64,000 nucleotides of DNA. It comes from Podarcis vaucheri. Its lineage: Eukaryota. The position numbers were made by a program, and so were the translations under genes. How positions within the stretch are numbered: the first letter of the stretch is position 1; each line of letters begins with the position of its first letter. The notes under the pieces are model-generated. The model was not told the origin of the DNA, searched no databases, and was given only the letters and a program-made list of their open reading frames with translations. The stretch is from assembly GCA_965113315.1 (NCBI GenBank), contig OZ220367.1. The stretch is one strand, 5' to 3'. Below are positions 49,208-62,830 of the stretch, in pieces.

Positions 49208-52200
49208 TGGAGATTTGTGAGGATTTCCCCAGAATTATCTTTAAAAATTATCACAGGAACAGGGTGGGCAATACTTTAAGACACCCACAAATTGAACCAG
49301 GAGAGGATAGATTCATCCATCCTGACAAACAATACAGCTAGCTAGCTGCACGGGGAATTGTGCATCTAAAGGGATCTGACCATGCAAACTATCAATCTGA
49401 CCCAATAGCTGTGGTTGAGAAACCCTTTTACAAAAGTCAACATTTCCGCTGACCAAATTTTCTGTGCTTCCTTTGCCTGCTAATCGGCAACATCTCAGTT
49501 CTTTAAAAAGATGATACATGCACTTTTATTGAACTGGAACTGATGCAACCACATGAAAGTTGGGTTCTGAATTTCTGAACTGATATGTGCTTATACTTGT
49601 AAAAATTCTTACAGGAAAAGGATTGCTAAAGCTGTCTATGGAATTCAAGTCTTTACTAGGGAACCTTCATCTGTGGAAATCAATATGAGAACTGTCAATG
49701 TACCTTCCTAACTTTTCCTGAATTTTCAACACTATCTTCTTAATAGCTGTAATATTGACAAGCTACAAGGCTTTGAAGCTTCCATACAAGAGAAAGAGAA
49801 ATTGCTTCCCTGCTTCTAAGACAGAAAAAAGGGGAATGCTTTTCCTTGCTTTCGATTCTTTGATTGTCTCTTCTGCTCAGAAAATTAAATTTCATGAAGC
49901 TTATTCTTATAGATTGAATGCTTTCTGTGAAAACGAATTGGTATAGTCTTTTTGGTGCTTTCAATAAATTAAACCTAAAGGCTCAAGACAATTTTGAAGT
50001 GACGCAAATTAGATTCACCAAGAATTCCACCCCCCTGAAAATATAACCTTAATAAACAAGTACTATATTTTGCACCTGTCACAAGATGCGTATTGCTTAA
50101 TTTCATTACCATGTGCTGCCAACCATTAATTCAAATTGTTTGAAGGCTTCTAGTATTTCCCAGCATCTTGGATTATATTTTTTCACCTTGAACAATTATT
50201 CTTAGTGGCCATTTGAATCACGAATCCTGGTGACAAAATAGCCTGTAAGTTGTGCTGATCTTAAGGTCCTGCTTTAAGATACAGTTCTTTCGTTTTATAA
50301 TTAAATGTGTCTGGAGAAGGCTTTCTATGCATCTGGCCAAAATGCCCTGTGAGAATGATATTTCAGAGGAAAATATGCTGTTAAAAGTGAGGACACGGGG
50401 TGATTCTATAGACAGGACGATCCTGTGATTATGATGAATTCAATTTTTATTTAAAGGAAAATCTACCTAACTCACATGTTTCAAAGCAATACACAAACAG
50501 GCACAGCCACACTTTGAAATCTGTACTTGTGCAAGTTTTGCGACACAGTTCTAAGACCAAGTTATGTGTACAAACATTGCACCAAAAAGTACTCAAAGGA
50601 GTAAAGTGTGCATAAAAATGCATATATAGTACTGTATTCCTTAAAATAACAAAAATGCATTATATTAGGGGAAATTGCCCTGCAAAAATGTGCATATTTG
50701 GCAAAAGCACATATTAAATATGTGTCTATTGAGAGAAATTTGTACTAAAATGATGATGGATTTTCCACCAATGTGGAAATGTCAGGTGAATGTTAAGATT
50801 GCAAAAATGAGAAAGTGAGAAAAATGAAAGTGACAGATTTGGTGATCTGTACTATGAGAACAGATGGGCCTTGGGCCTGGCACAGCAGGACTTTTCTGGT
50901 GTTCTTAGCAAGCTCTCTCGACACTAGAGTGGTTTCATGGAGTCTCTCAGCGGCAGCAACTGATGCACAGAGTGTTTTTCCCTCCAGGACTCAAAGAGCT
51001 GAAATAGATATGACTTCAAGAAAAGACCTGCTCAAGAGGAGAGCTGTGCTTCTCTCAAATTGGACTTGATATTGGCACCTCCAATGCCAATAACCACCAG
51101 CCCCTTCTCTTAAGCAGCAACCAGTCGAAATAGATTGGTGATATGGACTGAGAGCACTGGAACATAGGAATCTGTCTTAGACCAAGACATCTAGCTCAGT
51201 ATTGTTTACACTGTCCAGCAGTGTCCAAGGTTTCATACTGGGGATTTCCCCCCAAACCTACCTGGGGATTGAACCCAGAATTTTCTGCAGCCAAGCAGAT
51301 GTTCATACACTGCAATATAACTAGTAGACGTCAGTGGCGTGGCACAGGTTGGGCAGTGTTGCTCGCCTGCCTTCCAAACACCAAGTGTTGCTGCCAGTTC
51401 CTGAGAAGAGGTGTGACACAAGGACTCATTGTCAGGAGCATCAAATTAGCTCTGCCGCTACCCCTCTCCCTCTCAGGAACTGGCCAAGATGCTCATTGTT
51501 TGGAAGGCAGATGAGCAACCTACCACTAATGGCTACAACCTTTCCCCACTTCTCCATTTTCTTTCTGCAGCATTTTGAGGCAAGGGGGACAAAAAAATAC
51601 CTGAATATAGACAGTGATGAAATGTCTTCTCTAGCAGAGTCTGGACCCTGAAGGATTTATACCACAACAAGGACAATACCTTTGAGGCGATGTATTGCAT
51701 TTGGGCTGTGCTTGTACAGAGTTGTTGTCAAACATCCTATGGGACATAGCTCTTTCTTTGCACACACTCTGAATCAGCAGCTCTGAATGGCAGCCAGCTA
51801 AGGATATCGCCATCTCAATTTTCCGAGACAACCTGCAATAAAATTTAAGGCTTTTGTCACAGGTCTAATTTTACCTTGGTAAACAGTGTGATACCACATT
51901 TGTCAATTCTCCGGTTCACTATTTGCAATGAGAGTTCAATTATCAAGAGCTGAGCAAACAGACAAAATAAATATATTTGCCTCCAGAGGGAGCAGAAGAT
52001 ATAGTGCCATCCCTTTTGAAGCATTCTTCTGAGGTGCTGAGGAAGGAGAGACTGCTTAATTTAATTCTATACAAAGAATATCTACTGAAAGAGTTTCCCA
52101 AGTCAGCATAATAACTTTCCTAGACAACTTTCTAATTTCATTAGGGGCCACATCTACTGACAGATTTCTAGGGACACTTTTTTGGAGGGCAAAAGATCTG

Positions 52201-55200
52201 ACTGTAATTTTGAGAAGTGGAATTCATGCTTCATCCTTCAAGCTAAATGGAATCCCTAAAGCAACAGGCCTAAATTTCTGAATGTGCTGCCATACCACTT
52301 CTCAAGCTGATTGGGACAAAATAACTCTTTACTTCTGTAGAAAGCTCTGCATGATTGGAACACGAATCTGGGATGTTATTCAACAAAGTAATTCCACTAG
52401 TGCAAAGACTTTTGGCTGTGAAATTGAACTTCCCCTCTCTTCTCCCCGCATGCTCTCCACAACCCCAACTAAATCTGTTTTGGTTTTCCTCCCAACCCTC
52501 CAGAGCAGATTGGTGAATATGAGATGAAGTTATGCTGCACAGGTGGAAATCCACTAGTGGAAGTATGACACTGTGGACAACTCCAGCTGTTCTAATGAGA
52601 CATAATGAGCTGGACTGGGCTTTCTGCTCAATCAACTGAGTGCAACATTTGGTTATGGGGGGGAAGGCTTGATATCAGGGGCAGAGCTAAAAGCACAAGT
52701 GACTCTCTGAGTGAAACAGAATCCCAGACTAGCATCCCAGAAGCTGGGTTGCTGTTGCTCACCAAGAGAGAGAGAAGTGCTGAAGTAGTAGGAGGCTGGT
52801 GCAGTGCAAACACACCAGCAGAAGTGCTGGATTGGCTCAGTTGGTCTGTTTGAATTGTTCAACCTCCCCTCTGCCTTGTTCCTGGCTGTCCCCATAAGCA
52901 ACGGCAACCCACCTGTTAAGAAGCTAGCACAGCAGCACCACACCACTTGGTGAACCATTTCTGGCTAAAAGCATGGCCCCACTCTTGGCTCTAGATGCAT
53001 ATGCCCTGCACACAAGTAATGTGTGAATAAGTCTACAGATTATGAAACATACAGGGGTCCTGCTTGAGTAGTGTAGGGGATACCAGCTGCAAAGGTTCAG
53101 CTCCAATTTGGGGGAGATTGCAGAGACTTGTCAGAGGGGCTAAGGCCAACAGACCCGTCTGGGCTTTCCCCGCTTGCGTAATGGCAACATTGAAGCTGGG
53201 ACACTCATGCAGGTCAATAATGCAACAGGACATTTCTTAAAATCTTGTGTCTGACTTCACCATCTCAGCTGTTGACTAAGTATGTTTGGTTAATAAATTT
53301 TAAGCCTAATAGGCCAGATTCTGACATTACTTTAGCAGTACAATTTAACAGCTTCCATCATGCATGCTAGTAGCTGGATATCCTGTTCCAAAAGTAATGT
53401 TGAAACCATCATCACTGCAGTTTGGGTGATTTTCTAAAGATTTTGGTCTATGGTGACAAACTTTCAAGCTAATAATTCCCGTCTGATAATAACCAATCTT
53501 GCTCCATCCAAACTGTGCATGAGACTGGTATTTAATTACCTAAACTTTACATTAAGATCATTAGGCAGCAGTTTATTATACCCCAGAGTGTCTTAGCAGT
53601 ATAATGAAATAGCTCACTTGAATTATCAAAATGTTTTCCCCCCTGAAAGAATCAACCTCAGAGAATGTTCCGTTCCTCATTCTCCCCTTTCCCTAAGCAT
53701 CCACAGAATGTCCATTTCATTCCACGATGTGATTTGTTTAATCATGACACATTGAAATAATGTGTAGCCTTTTTCTTTCAAAAACAGATAGATAATGGAT
53801 AATAGTCTGTTCTTATAGGATCCACGTGATGTGCTGAATACAGGTCACCAGTGATGTTGGGCATAGGGACATTAGAAGCTGTCTTCTACTGAGTCAAACC
53901 ACTGTTCCATCTAATTCAGTATTGTCAACACTAATTGGCAGTGCCTCTCTGGGGTTTCAGATGAAACATTCCCAGCCCTGCCAGGAGATTCTGGGGACTG
54001 GACCTGGAACCTTCTGCATGCAGAGATGCTCTACTTCTGAGCTATGGCCCTTTCCCAATTTAACCAGGTGGAGAAGCAAGATATGTGTGTCTACTACATG
54101 TTGAGTCCAACATTGCCATGGTTGCAGCAAAAAAATTGTGAGGCAGCCTTGACCATATGGCTAAAAGATGCAGACATCTCCCTCCCTCCCTCCCTCCCTC
54201 CCTCCCTCCCTCCCTCCAGGTGATTAGAACTGCTTTTAAGCAGATGTTAGATGGTTAGGAGATATCTGATTCTACCCTAGGAATCTGCTGTGTGAACAGT
54301 CCATCAGTAAGAACCAATTAGTTCACACAGCCAGGGCATACATTTATGGTCACTTTATCACTTTTATCCCTACTATGCCATAATTCTCTTTTCAGCATCT
54401 AAAAAGTGTTGGAGAGCTCCCCAGCCATTCCACAGAAGACAAGGCGAAGCAAAGAGGGAAAGTGCTTTTGCATCCAAGCAGCCTAAATGGGAAAGCTAAT
54501 TGTCCCTCTGATTACAATACGTGGGAGAAGTTGTGAACAAAGCAGGAGAGTTATGAGCAAGGGAAAAAGAGGGCCCCATTAGAAAACCATGCCTGGTGTT
54601 TCCTATATCTTGGTGTGTGATGTAACATATACAACATGTCAGATTCAAAAAATAGGCACACTAAGCAAAACATAATCTAAAGAAGACTATATGAGCAATG
54701 TGTAAAGCAAATGGATTTCCATTCTGAATTTGATTAGCTGGCTGGACTTGAAAAATACTGGGGGGTCGGTCAATCCATCACAATTTCAGCAAAGTTTCAA
54801 ACAGATCAAATTTGCCATGAAGAACACCCATGGTGGAGTGAATGAATTCATTTCCTGTTCATTGGGGGTGGGGGGAGGTGGTTGGAGATATTTGTTACTT
54901 CTGCTCCTGTCAAGTAGTAGTTTCTTCATTGGAAGAAAAGGTAGAAATAGTAATAATAAGAAGAAGAACAGGGAGGAAACAAACCATCATTTGCTTTTGT
55001 TTTCCTGGTGCAATGTATGATTTATGTTATGGTAAGGTCACTTCTGTAACTCAATCTGATTCCTGTGCATTTGAAATAATAATATGGATTTACTGCATAT
55101 GCACTACTGTTATGTATGTGCTCAGGAAGTCTTTTCTCTCAAGAGAACCATTTTCGCAATAATTCCCATTCTAGGCTCAAGCTCAACAGCTTCCATTTCC

Positions 55201-56421
55201 TTTCCTTCCCCAGATTTCAATGCAGCAGCCCACAGCATGGCATATCCTTTGGAATTCTCCCTTGCTACGCTCCATATGGCTACCAAAAATTGTGAATGCT
55301 AAATATAAGGCTGTACATTATGGTGCTCAAAATTATTTATATCTTTGGATAAAGCCACAGGATGGCAAACAGATAAATACACCAAAAAAATGCAGTCCTT
55401 AAAAACACATAACACATAACAAACTATTACTAATAGCTCCTCTTCCAAATGCCTGCTAGAAAATATGTGTCTTAACATCTTTACCCAGTATCAGACAGTG
55501 GAGTGAGGCAGTGGTACTTATCTGACCTCCCAGCAAGTGGGTTGCTGGTGCTTATTTATGTGGGTGAGAGAGAGGGGTGTGGTGTGGTTGGGAGGCCAAT
55601 GCTTGCAAATGCCCTGGGGAAACTGATACAACACTCTTGTCAGTGACTTTGCATAAAGCCAACCTCCCACAAGCCACTCTCCTTCTCTTTAAGCACCAGT
55701 GAGTCACCTGCCAGGATGTCAGGTATATGTTGCTGCCCTGCCCCACTGCGACTGCTTAAAACCATAAAGAGAATAGGCCAGATGCACCTCAGTAGAGAAG
55801 GATGGAGGGGGTACCACACATAATGTGATGGTGGTTGTTTCCCTGTGTTTCTGTGCAGCTTCTGGGTTATTCAGGTGAGCAACACTGAAAGTGCCTTTGG
55901 TGTGGATGGGCCTCCAGGTCAGAATGACAACATGTGGATGTAGGTCGGTCCCCATCCAGAATCATAGGCTGCCCTGCTGTGTATTTTTGGCCATACAAAG
56001 CTTTTAGACTTAGGAAAGTTCGTGTGCGTACCTTTTTTCTAAGGGAAAGGTGGCAAGCAAATGTGCATTATTAATGTGGTGTTGCCATTGCAACAGAAGC
56101 TATTCTAGCAAGACATAAACATTAAGAGAGGATGTAAGGTAAGGCATGCCAAGAAAGTCAGGGCTGATGATGAAAATCGTACCCCCTACTGGCTTAGTGA
56201 CAGTGACTGCACTGGGGAAAATTAAAACAGGATTACTCATTGTGGTGTGGACAACCTCCCATCCTCCTTAATCTTTTCCATGCTGATTGGGGCTAATGGA
56301 ATTTGCAGTCCACAACATCTGAAAAGCACCGTGTTGTCTACCCCTGGTAGTATTATCAGATGCTGTGGTGTGCCACAGAGTGCAGAATTTGTTCATCCCT
56401 GAGCCTGGATGGCTGCAGTAA

Positions 56422-56770
56422 TTGTCATGGTCTGGGCTACAGGCAGTCGGAGTCCCGGCTTGGTACATCAGGACCAGGGTAGAGGTAGGGAATCAGGAAT
56501 CAGCAGTCCAGGAGTCAGGAAGCCAAGGGTCCAAGAGTCAGAAAACCAGGAGTCAGGAAGCCGAAGCACAGCTAGGTGGGTAGTGTGTTGCTGTGGCAAA
56601 GAGCCAGAGGGAAATGCTGGTCTTAGATACCCCTCCCGGCCCTTGCTACCAGGTGCTACGAGTCTTCTGTCAAGCCTCACCTGTGCCAGGCCAAACTCAG
56701 GGGAGACCCCAGTCCTGCGAGGCCCTACCAGTCACAGGGCCTGGCTCCTGCATGCACTCCTGCACGCACT
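56422..56770 (-). mobile_element. Probable Gypsy-type LTR fragment
   Basis: Begins tgtcatgg and contains short tandem caggagtcaggaagcc units typical of LTR interiors; the other end was not found. Confidence 0.4.
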
Positions 56771-57204
56771 CATATTCTATTAGAGGTGTTCCAATCACTG
56801 TACTTTCTTATTGCATGTTGTTTTGTTGTGTAAGCATGTAGATTGTGCTTTCTAAGCAATGCAGCTGGAAGGAAGCTCTTAACAAGGGGAGCAAATGTTT
56901 TGTCTCAGTTTTAGATTCAATACACGGAGGGGAATCTACATCTCCTTTCACATGACTTCTTCAGAGAGTTGAACTGAATATTCATATGAAGTCCTATAAC
57001 TGTTGAATTTAATCAATTCAAATAACACTAGAAAAATAATAGTTCCAAAAGAAGCTCATTCACATTTTTAAAAAAAGAATTTTGGTGCTTTGGATCTGTT
57101 TAGGGAAAACATCAACATGCACACATACCAAACCTAACCACTTTTAGCCTACTTTTTGAAGGACGTAGTAATTTCCGATGGCCCTGGGCACCATTGAAGC
57201 TGAT

Positions 57205-57943
57205 AGTACAAGTACAAGTTTATTAAATTTGTGAGGTCCATGCCTTTACACAAAATACCATAAAACATTATTAAAAGATAAACAATAAAATTATAAAAGT
57301 AAGCTAAAATTCATGCCATGGTGTCCCAGCAAGGAAACTACCCAATAAACCCCACCATTCAGGGAAGAAGATATAGCAACAGGTTAGGAGAGCAATGGAA
57401 GGGACCTCACCGTTTCATCCAGGAACCATACCCTAGTTTTCATAGCCTTCACCACAAAGACCGCTACCACATGAGAAATCCGTGGATCAGCGTCCACCAG
57501 TAAAAACTTTACTTGGTCCTCAGAGTTGACTATTGATTTGGGAATAGTTTGTAACATCGCATCCCTGAAAGCCGAATAGATGGGACAATACAACATGTAA
57601 TGTATGAGATCCTCTTTGGTTCTCATATAACAAGGACATATACGCTGCTCTACTGGGATTTTTGCATATCTGCCTGACAGATAGGCCATAGGAATGGTTT
57701 GAAAACGGGCCATAGTAAAGGCTCTCCGAAGAGTGGGATTGATGATATTCGCCAAATAATTGGCGCAGATTTTGACTGCTTTCAGTCGGGGAAACCAGTG
57801 GGAGGACCCTAGGATCTGTATTTTTGTGATATCTAACAAAGCGTCTCTCTCCAGGATCCATTTCCGGACTTTGTCCAGGCTCCACAGTTTAAGGATATTA
57901 AACTCCGGTAGGGTGTATCTAACCAGGATCTCAGATAAGTTTT
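57205..57943 (-). pseudogene. RTE-X LINE, 3' part (C-terminus and 3' UTR)
   Basis: ORF 57384-57839 has RRAFTMARF...RICPCYMRTKEDLIHYMLYCPIY (RTE-X type C-terminal motif); AATAAA followed by an (acttgt)n tail at 57205-57219. Confidence 0.8.
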
Positions 57944-58355
57944 TTTTTTTTTAATAATATTTTTATTGTTTTTTTTTCCAGATAAAGATTGTTCAGCAAG
58001 TTATACAGAAGGCTTATACATTTACAGAAAGAAAAAGAAAAAAGAAAGAAAAAGAAAAGAAATTAGTTATTTCCATGCTTGTTCCAGTCCACTATCGAAC
58101 TTCCCCACGTCTCCCCCGCATTGCATTCTTAGCAAATAAAATTTCAACAAATTATATCCTTGTTTCATACGTTTCTTTCTTTTACCTTAAAGCTTACTTT
58201 TTAGTTTAAATTACATATTGTCATATTACTTTAATCAGCCCATATAATTATCTTTCCAACCTTTAAACATTTATTCTTTTCATTAATTCATTATTTAATT
58301 TCATTGTCCTTCACTCTCATTGCTGGGAGCTGTTTTCTCCAAATCGTGCGAAATC

Positions 58356-61300
58356 TTATAATTCATATAATTTATAAAACTTTTGCAAATAGTCCTTAAA
58401 TTTTTTCCATTCCTCCTCCATTACTTCTTCTCCCAAGTCTCGGATCCTGGCAGTCATCTCAGCCAATTCCATGTAGTCCATAAGCTGCGTTTGCCATTCT
58501 TCCAGTGTGGGCAAATCTTGAGTCTTCCAGTATTTTGCTATAAGAATCCTTGCTGCTGTAGTTGCATACATAAAAAACGTTCTATCCTTCTTTGACACCT
58601 TTTGGCCGACAATGCCCAAGAGGAAGGCCTCTGGTTTCTTAGGGAAGGTGTACTTAAACACCTTTTTTAACTCGTTATATATCATTTCCCAGTAGGCCTT
58701 CACCCTAGGGCATGTCCACCACAGGTGAAAGAATGTCCCTTCGGCCTCTTTACATTTCCAACATTTATTATCAGACAAATGGTATATCTTAGCAAGTTTG
58801 ACTGGGGTCATGTACCACCTGTATATCATTTTCATGATGTTTTCTTTCAGGGCATTACATGCCGTAAATTTCATACCGGTGGTCCATAACCTTTCCCAGT
58901 CTTCAAACATAATGTTGTGCCCAGTATCTTGAGCCCACTTTATCATGGCCGATTTAACTGTCTCATCCTGAGTATTCCATTTAAGCAGCAAGTTATACAT
59001 TCTAGACAATAACTTAGTCCTAGGTTCTAACAATTCTGTCTCTAGTTTCGATTTTTCCACCTGAAAACCTGTATTTTTTTTATCCGTCTTAAATACCTCT
59101 TGAATTTGGGCATAATGAAACCAATCTTGCACCTTGTCTTTTAATTTTTCAAAACTCTGTAATCTCCAGTTGTCTCCAATTTTTTCTATTATTTCGCTAT
59201 ATGTCGGCCAGCCGGCCTCCATATTGGATCTTTTCCGCGCCTTGGCCTCCACTGGTGAAAGCCACCTCGGGGTCTTACTTTCTAACAAGTCCTTATATTT
59301 TGTCCAGACTATAAAAATTGCTTTTCTGACAATATGGTTTTTGAACATTTTATGTGTTTTTACCTTGTCGTACCACAAATAGGCATGCCATCCTAAAGAA
59401 TTGTTAAACCCTTCCAGATCTAGGACATCAGTGTTCTTAAGTAAAAGCCAATCTTTCATCCAGCAGAAGGCTGCAGCTTCATAATATAACCTTAAGTCTG
59501 GCAGGGCAAACCCCCCTCTTTCTTTTGCATCAGTTAAAATTTTAAACTTTATTCGGGGCTTTTTGCCCTGCCAAACAAACTTCGAGATATCCTTCTGCCA
59601 TTTCCCAAAACATTCCACTCTGTCCACGATCTGTAAGGCTTGAAACAAAAATAACATCTTTGGCAACACATTCATTTTTATCAGTGCTATTCGGCCCAAC
59701 AAGGAAAGTTTCAATCTTGTCCAAATTTCTAGATCTTTTTTCACCTCTGTCCAACATTTTTCGTAATTATCTTTAAACAAATTCAAGTTTTTTGAAGACA
59801 AGTTAATCCCCAGGTATTTCACCTTTTTCACCACATTTAATTCTGTTTCCCTCTGAAACCCATCTATTTCCAAAGATGTCAAGTTTTTACCCAGCACCTT
59901 GGTTTTTTGTTTGTTCAACTTAAATCCTGCCACCCGACCAAACTCCTGAATCAATTCTAGAACTCTTTTTGTACTAGATTCTGGCTCCTGTAATGTCAAA
60001 ACCAAATCATCTGCAAAAGCTTTCAGTTTATATTGTTTCTCTCCGACCTGTATACCTTGTACCTGCCGGTCCTTCCTAATCATATTCAAGAGCACCTCCA
60101 GGACCGAAATAAATAATAAGGGGGAGAGAGGGCACCCTTGACGTGTTCCTTTTTCAATTTGAAACTCTTCTGTCACCACATTGTTCACTATTAACTTAGC
60201 TTTCTGTTCTGAATATATTGCCTCTAAACCATTTTCAAATCCCCGTCCCACTCCCATCCCTTCCAAATTTTTCTTCATAAACCTCCAGGAAATGTTATCA
60301 AAGGCCTTCTCCGCATCAATAAAAATTAACACTGCTTTGGTGTTAATGTTAGTTTGCAAAAGTTCCAAGACATCTATAATGTTCCTGGTATTATCATACA
60401 AATGTCTGCCTGGGAGAAAGCCTGCCTGGTCCTTATGAATTACTTCATTCAGAACCTTTTTAAATCTATTTGCCAAAATGTCTGCAAATATTTTGTAATC
60501 CACATTGAGGAGTGAGATGGGACGATAATTCTTTAGTTGAGTCTTTTCAGATTCCACTTTAGGAATCAATGTAATGAAAGCTTCTTTCCACGTTTCTGGT
60601 GCTCTCCCTCCATCCATAATCTGGTTACAAACCTCCATTAAGGGTTGTATCAAATAGTCTTTTAGTATCTTATAATACTTGGAGGTAAGTCCGTCAGGGC
60701 CTGGAGATTTGCCCAACTGCATATTCTGAATGGCAACCTCAATTTCCTGTTGTGTTATTCTATAATTCAAGATTGATCTCTTTTCCTGAGAAAGTTCTGG
60801 TAGGCCATTGGTTTTCAAAAATTGATCCATCTCGAACACTTCCTCGGGTCCTTGCGTGTACAGTTTTTTAAAATATTTCTGGAAGCACTTTCTAATTTCA
60901 CCTGGTTTCTGGATATTTTTCCCTTCAACCTCTAGATTGGTAACATAGTTCAATTTTTGTCTTTTCTTCAACTGCCATGCTAGCAGTTTCCCACATTTGT
61001 TCGCTGATTCAAAAGATCTTTGTTTCATTTGTTTAATTTTCCATTCCACTTCTTGGTTTATCAATTTCATATATTGTGCTTGATGGAATTTAATTTCTCT
61101 CAAAATCTCTTTTGATTTCGGGTTAGATCTCAATTTTTTCTCACCATCTCTTATCTTCTCTAATATCTTATCCTTTTTTCCATTCCAGAGCTTTTTCTTA
61201 ATTGTGTTCTGTTGTATCAGAAACCCTCTCATTACAGCTTTACTTGCATCCCAGATTGTTCTCTTTTCCACCGAGGTGTTCAAATTTATTTCAAAATAGT

Positions 61301-62099
61301 CTTTTAAAGCTTTTTGGGCCTTCTTTACAATCTCTTGATCTCTTAACAGGTTGTCATTCATTTTCCATCTGAAGGAACCGGATGGAGTAAATCTTAATTC
61401 CACTTTCAGAGCGTTATGGTCGGAGCAGGTTTTTGGGCAGATTTCCACTTTTACAGTCTTAGGTGCCAGCCCTCTAGTTACCCAAATCTGGTCGATTCTT
61501 GTCCAAGATAAATGGGCCTCAGAGAAGAACGTTCCCTCTTTACCTAGGGGGTTCCTTGTCCTCCAAATGTCAATCAAATCCATATTGTCAGTCAGTTCAA
61601 AAAAGGTTTTAGGTAGTCTGCCGTCTTTAGTCAAGTTTTGATTCTGCGACTTGTCCATTAATGTAGAGACCACTCCATTCATATCTCCCATCATAATGAT
61701 GTTAGTATAGTCCAGATAGTCCAGCAATGTCTCATGCAGTTTCTTATAAAATTCCGATTTCCCCTCATTTGGTGCATAAATTCCTAATATCAAAACTTTT
61801 TCACCCTGAGTTTGTATTTCAATTGCCAAAATTCGTCCATATTCATCTTTAAACAAAAATTTTGGTGACAAATTCTCCTTTGCATAGATCACTACGCCTC
61901 TTTTCTTGACTCTGTCCGATGAAATAAATTCTTGGCCCAATCTTTTATTTATTAATACTTTCCTTTGGAGTCTTGTCACATGTGTTTCCTGAAGACAAAT
62001 TATATCCAAATGTTCTTTTTTCAAAATATGAAAAATCTTTCTTCTTTTCTCCAGGGAATTTGCACCATTAATATTCCAGCTGTACAACTGCAGAGACAT
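58356..62099 (-). CDS. L1 ORF2 (APE endonuclease + reverse transcriptase + CCHC), 1247 aa, uninterrupted
   Basis: Endonuclease motifs SWNING, LQETH, GDMN, RIDQIW, SDH; RT motifs YRPISLLN, DAEKAFD, QGCPLSP, FADD, YLG; C-terminal CWKC..HLWWTC. Confidence 0.97.
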   Translation of the reverse strand: MSLQLYSWNINGANSLEKRRKIFHILKKEHLDIICLQETHVTRLQRKVLINKRLGQEFISSDRVKKRGVVIYAKENLSPKFLFKDEYGRILAIEIQTQGEKVLILGIYAPNEGKSEFYKKLHETLLDYLDYTNIIMMGDMNGVVSTLMDKSQNQNLTKDGRLPKTFFELTDNMDLIDIWRTRNPLGKEGTFFSEAHLSWTRIDQIWVTRGLAPKTVKVEICPKTCSDHNALKVELRFTPSGSFRWKMNDNLLRDQEIVKKAQKALKDYFEINLNTSVEKRTIWDASKAVMRGFLIQQNTIKKKLWNGKKDKILEKIRDGEKKLRSNPKSKEILREIKFHQAQYMKLINQEVEWKIKQMKQRSFESANKCGKLLAWQLKKRQKLNYVTNLEVEGKNIQKPGEIRKCFQKYFKKLYTQGPEEVFEMDQFLKTNGLPELSQEKRSILNYRITQQEIEVAIQNMQLGKSPGPDGLTSKYYKILKDYLIQPLMEVCNQIMDGGRAPETWKEAFITLIPKVESEKTQLKNYRPISLLNVDYKIFADILANRFKKVLNEVIHKDQAGFLPGRHLYDNTRNIIDVLELLQTNINTKAVLIFIDAEKAFDNISWRFMKKNLEGMGVGRGFENGLEAIYSEQKAKLIVNNVVTEEFQIEKGTRQGCPLSPLLFISVLEVLLNMIRKDRQVQGIQVGEKQYKLKAFADDLVLTLQEPESSTKRVLELIQEFGRVAGFKLNKQKTKVLGKNLTSLEIDGFQRETELNVVKKVKYLGINLSSKNLNLFKDNYEKCWTEVKKDLEIWTRLKLSLLGRIALIKMNVLPKMLFLFQALQIVDRVECFGKWQKDISKFVWQGKKPRIKFKILTDAKERGGFALPDLRLYYEAAAFCWMKDWLLLKNTDVLDLEGFNNSLGWHAYLWYDKVKTHKMFKNHIVRKAIFIVWTKYKDLLESKTPRWLSPVEAKARKRSNMEAGWPTYSEIIEKIGDNWRLQSFEKLKDKVQDWFHYAQIQEVFKTDKKNTGFQVEKSKLETELLEPRTKLLSRMYNLLLKWNTQDETVKSAMIKWAQDTGHNIMFEDWERLWTTGMKFTACNALKENIMKMIYRWYMTPVKLAKIYHLSDNKCWKCKEAEGTFFHLWWTCPRVKAYWEMIYNELKKVFKYTFPKKPEAFLLGIVGQKVSKKDRTFFMYATTAARILIAKYWKTQDLPTLEEWQTQLMDYMELAEMTARIRDLGEEVMEEEWKKFKDYLQKFYKLYEL

Positions 62100-62123
62100 C
62101 CTGGATCGATCTGTTGTTACTCT

Positions 62124-62828
62124 TTATGGAGTGTCCTCCTTTTCTTTCGAGCCCGAGGGCAAAGATGATGGATCTACTCCAAGCGGTAGTGGTGGCCAAG
62201 GGATGGTTATCCCCTTCTGTAGGTCCTCTCCGTGGTCGTGCAGGAACTTCTGGGAGTCTTCTTGCGTTTTGATTTTAATTTTCTTTCCCTTATATGTAAA
62301 TGATAACCCTTGAGGAAATTCCCACCTATAAGGTATCCCGTTGCCTCTCAGTAATCTTGCTAGGTCCGTGTAAACAGCCCTGAGGTCCAAAAGTTGTTTT
62401 GGTATATCCTTGTAAATTTCGGCTTTCCTGTCTTGGAACTCAAGTGGTTTCTTAAAATGAAGGTCTAATATCTTGTCTCTCTCCTGTTTTGATCTCAAAA
62501 TAATCAAGCAGTCCCTGGGTCTGTCCTTCCTTGTTGCTCTTCCCAATCTAAATGCAGTTGATATTTTAAAGTCCTGGTCAACTTTTATATCCCAGAATTT
62601 GGAAAACTCCTCTGTCAAATAACCAGTCAAATCTTCTTTCTCTGATTCTGGGATAAAGCGGATTCTCAAATTATTTTCCCGGTTTCTCAATTCGATCAAA
62701 GACAGGTAAGCCTGCTGGTCACTGATATGTTTATGTAGTGGCCTTACTTCTCCCTTTATTTCCTGAATTTCTTTATTTGCTTGTTCAGCCTTCGAATTTG
62801 CAGCCTCAGCTAATTTCCGATTTTGTGA
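62124..62828 (-). CDS. L1 ORF1, C-terminal part (coiled-coil end + RRM/CTD), no start codon
   Basis: Frame is open from the 5' junction: SQNRKLAEAANSKAEQANKEIQEIK...ELRNRENNLRIRFIPE...FRLG...IYKDIP...YRWEFP. Its stop lies 24 nt before the ORF2 ATG. Confidence 0.85.
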   Translation of the reverse strand, partial: SQNRKLAEAANSKAEQANKEIQEIKGEVRPLHKHISDQQAYLSLIELRNRENNLRIRFIPESEKEDLTGYLTEEFSKFWDIKVDQDFKISTAFRLGRATRKDRPRDCLIILRSKQERDKILDLHFKKPLEFQDRKAEIYKDIPKQLLDLRAVYTDLARLLRGNGIPYRWEFPQGLSFTYKGKKIKIKTQEDSQKFLHDHGEDLQKGITIPWPPLPLGVDPSSLPSGSKEKEDTP

Positions 62829-62830
62829 TA

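Larger units (their letters stand above)
57944..62830 (-). mobile_element. Young L1-clade LINE, 5'-truncated within ORF1, 4.9 kb
   Basis: Poly(A) tail, 3' UTR, intact ORF2, partial ORF1; perfect 20-bp TSD caggatctcagataagtttt (57924-57943 / 62831-62850). Confidence 0.97.

Noticed and set aside
1-57200. The many 60-180 aa six-frame ORFs as host genes
   Set aside because: Many use non-ATG starts or overlap repeats and microsatellites (poly-C, poly-F, poly-I, HT/ER repeats). None shows a recognisable non-transposon domain or a convincing exon chain.
58383-62313. Antisense and alternative-frame ORFs within the L1
   Set aside because: Short shadow frames of the codon-biased L1 ORFs; no independent evidence.
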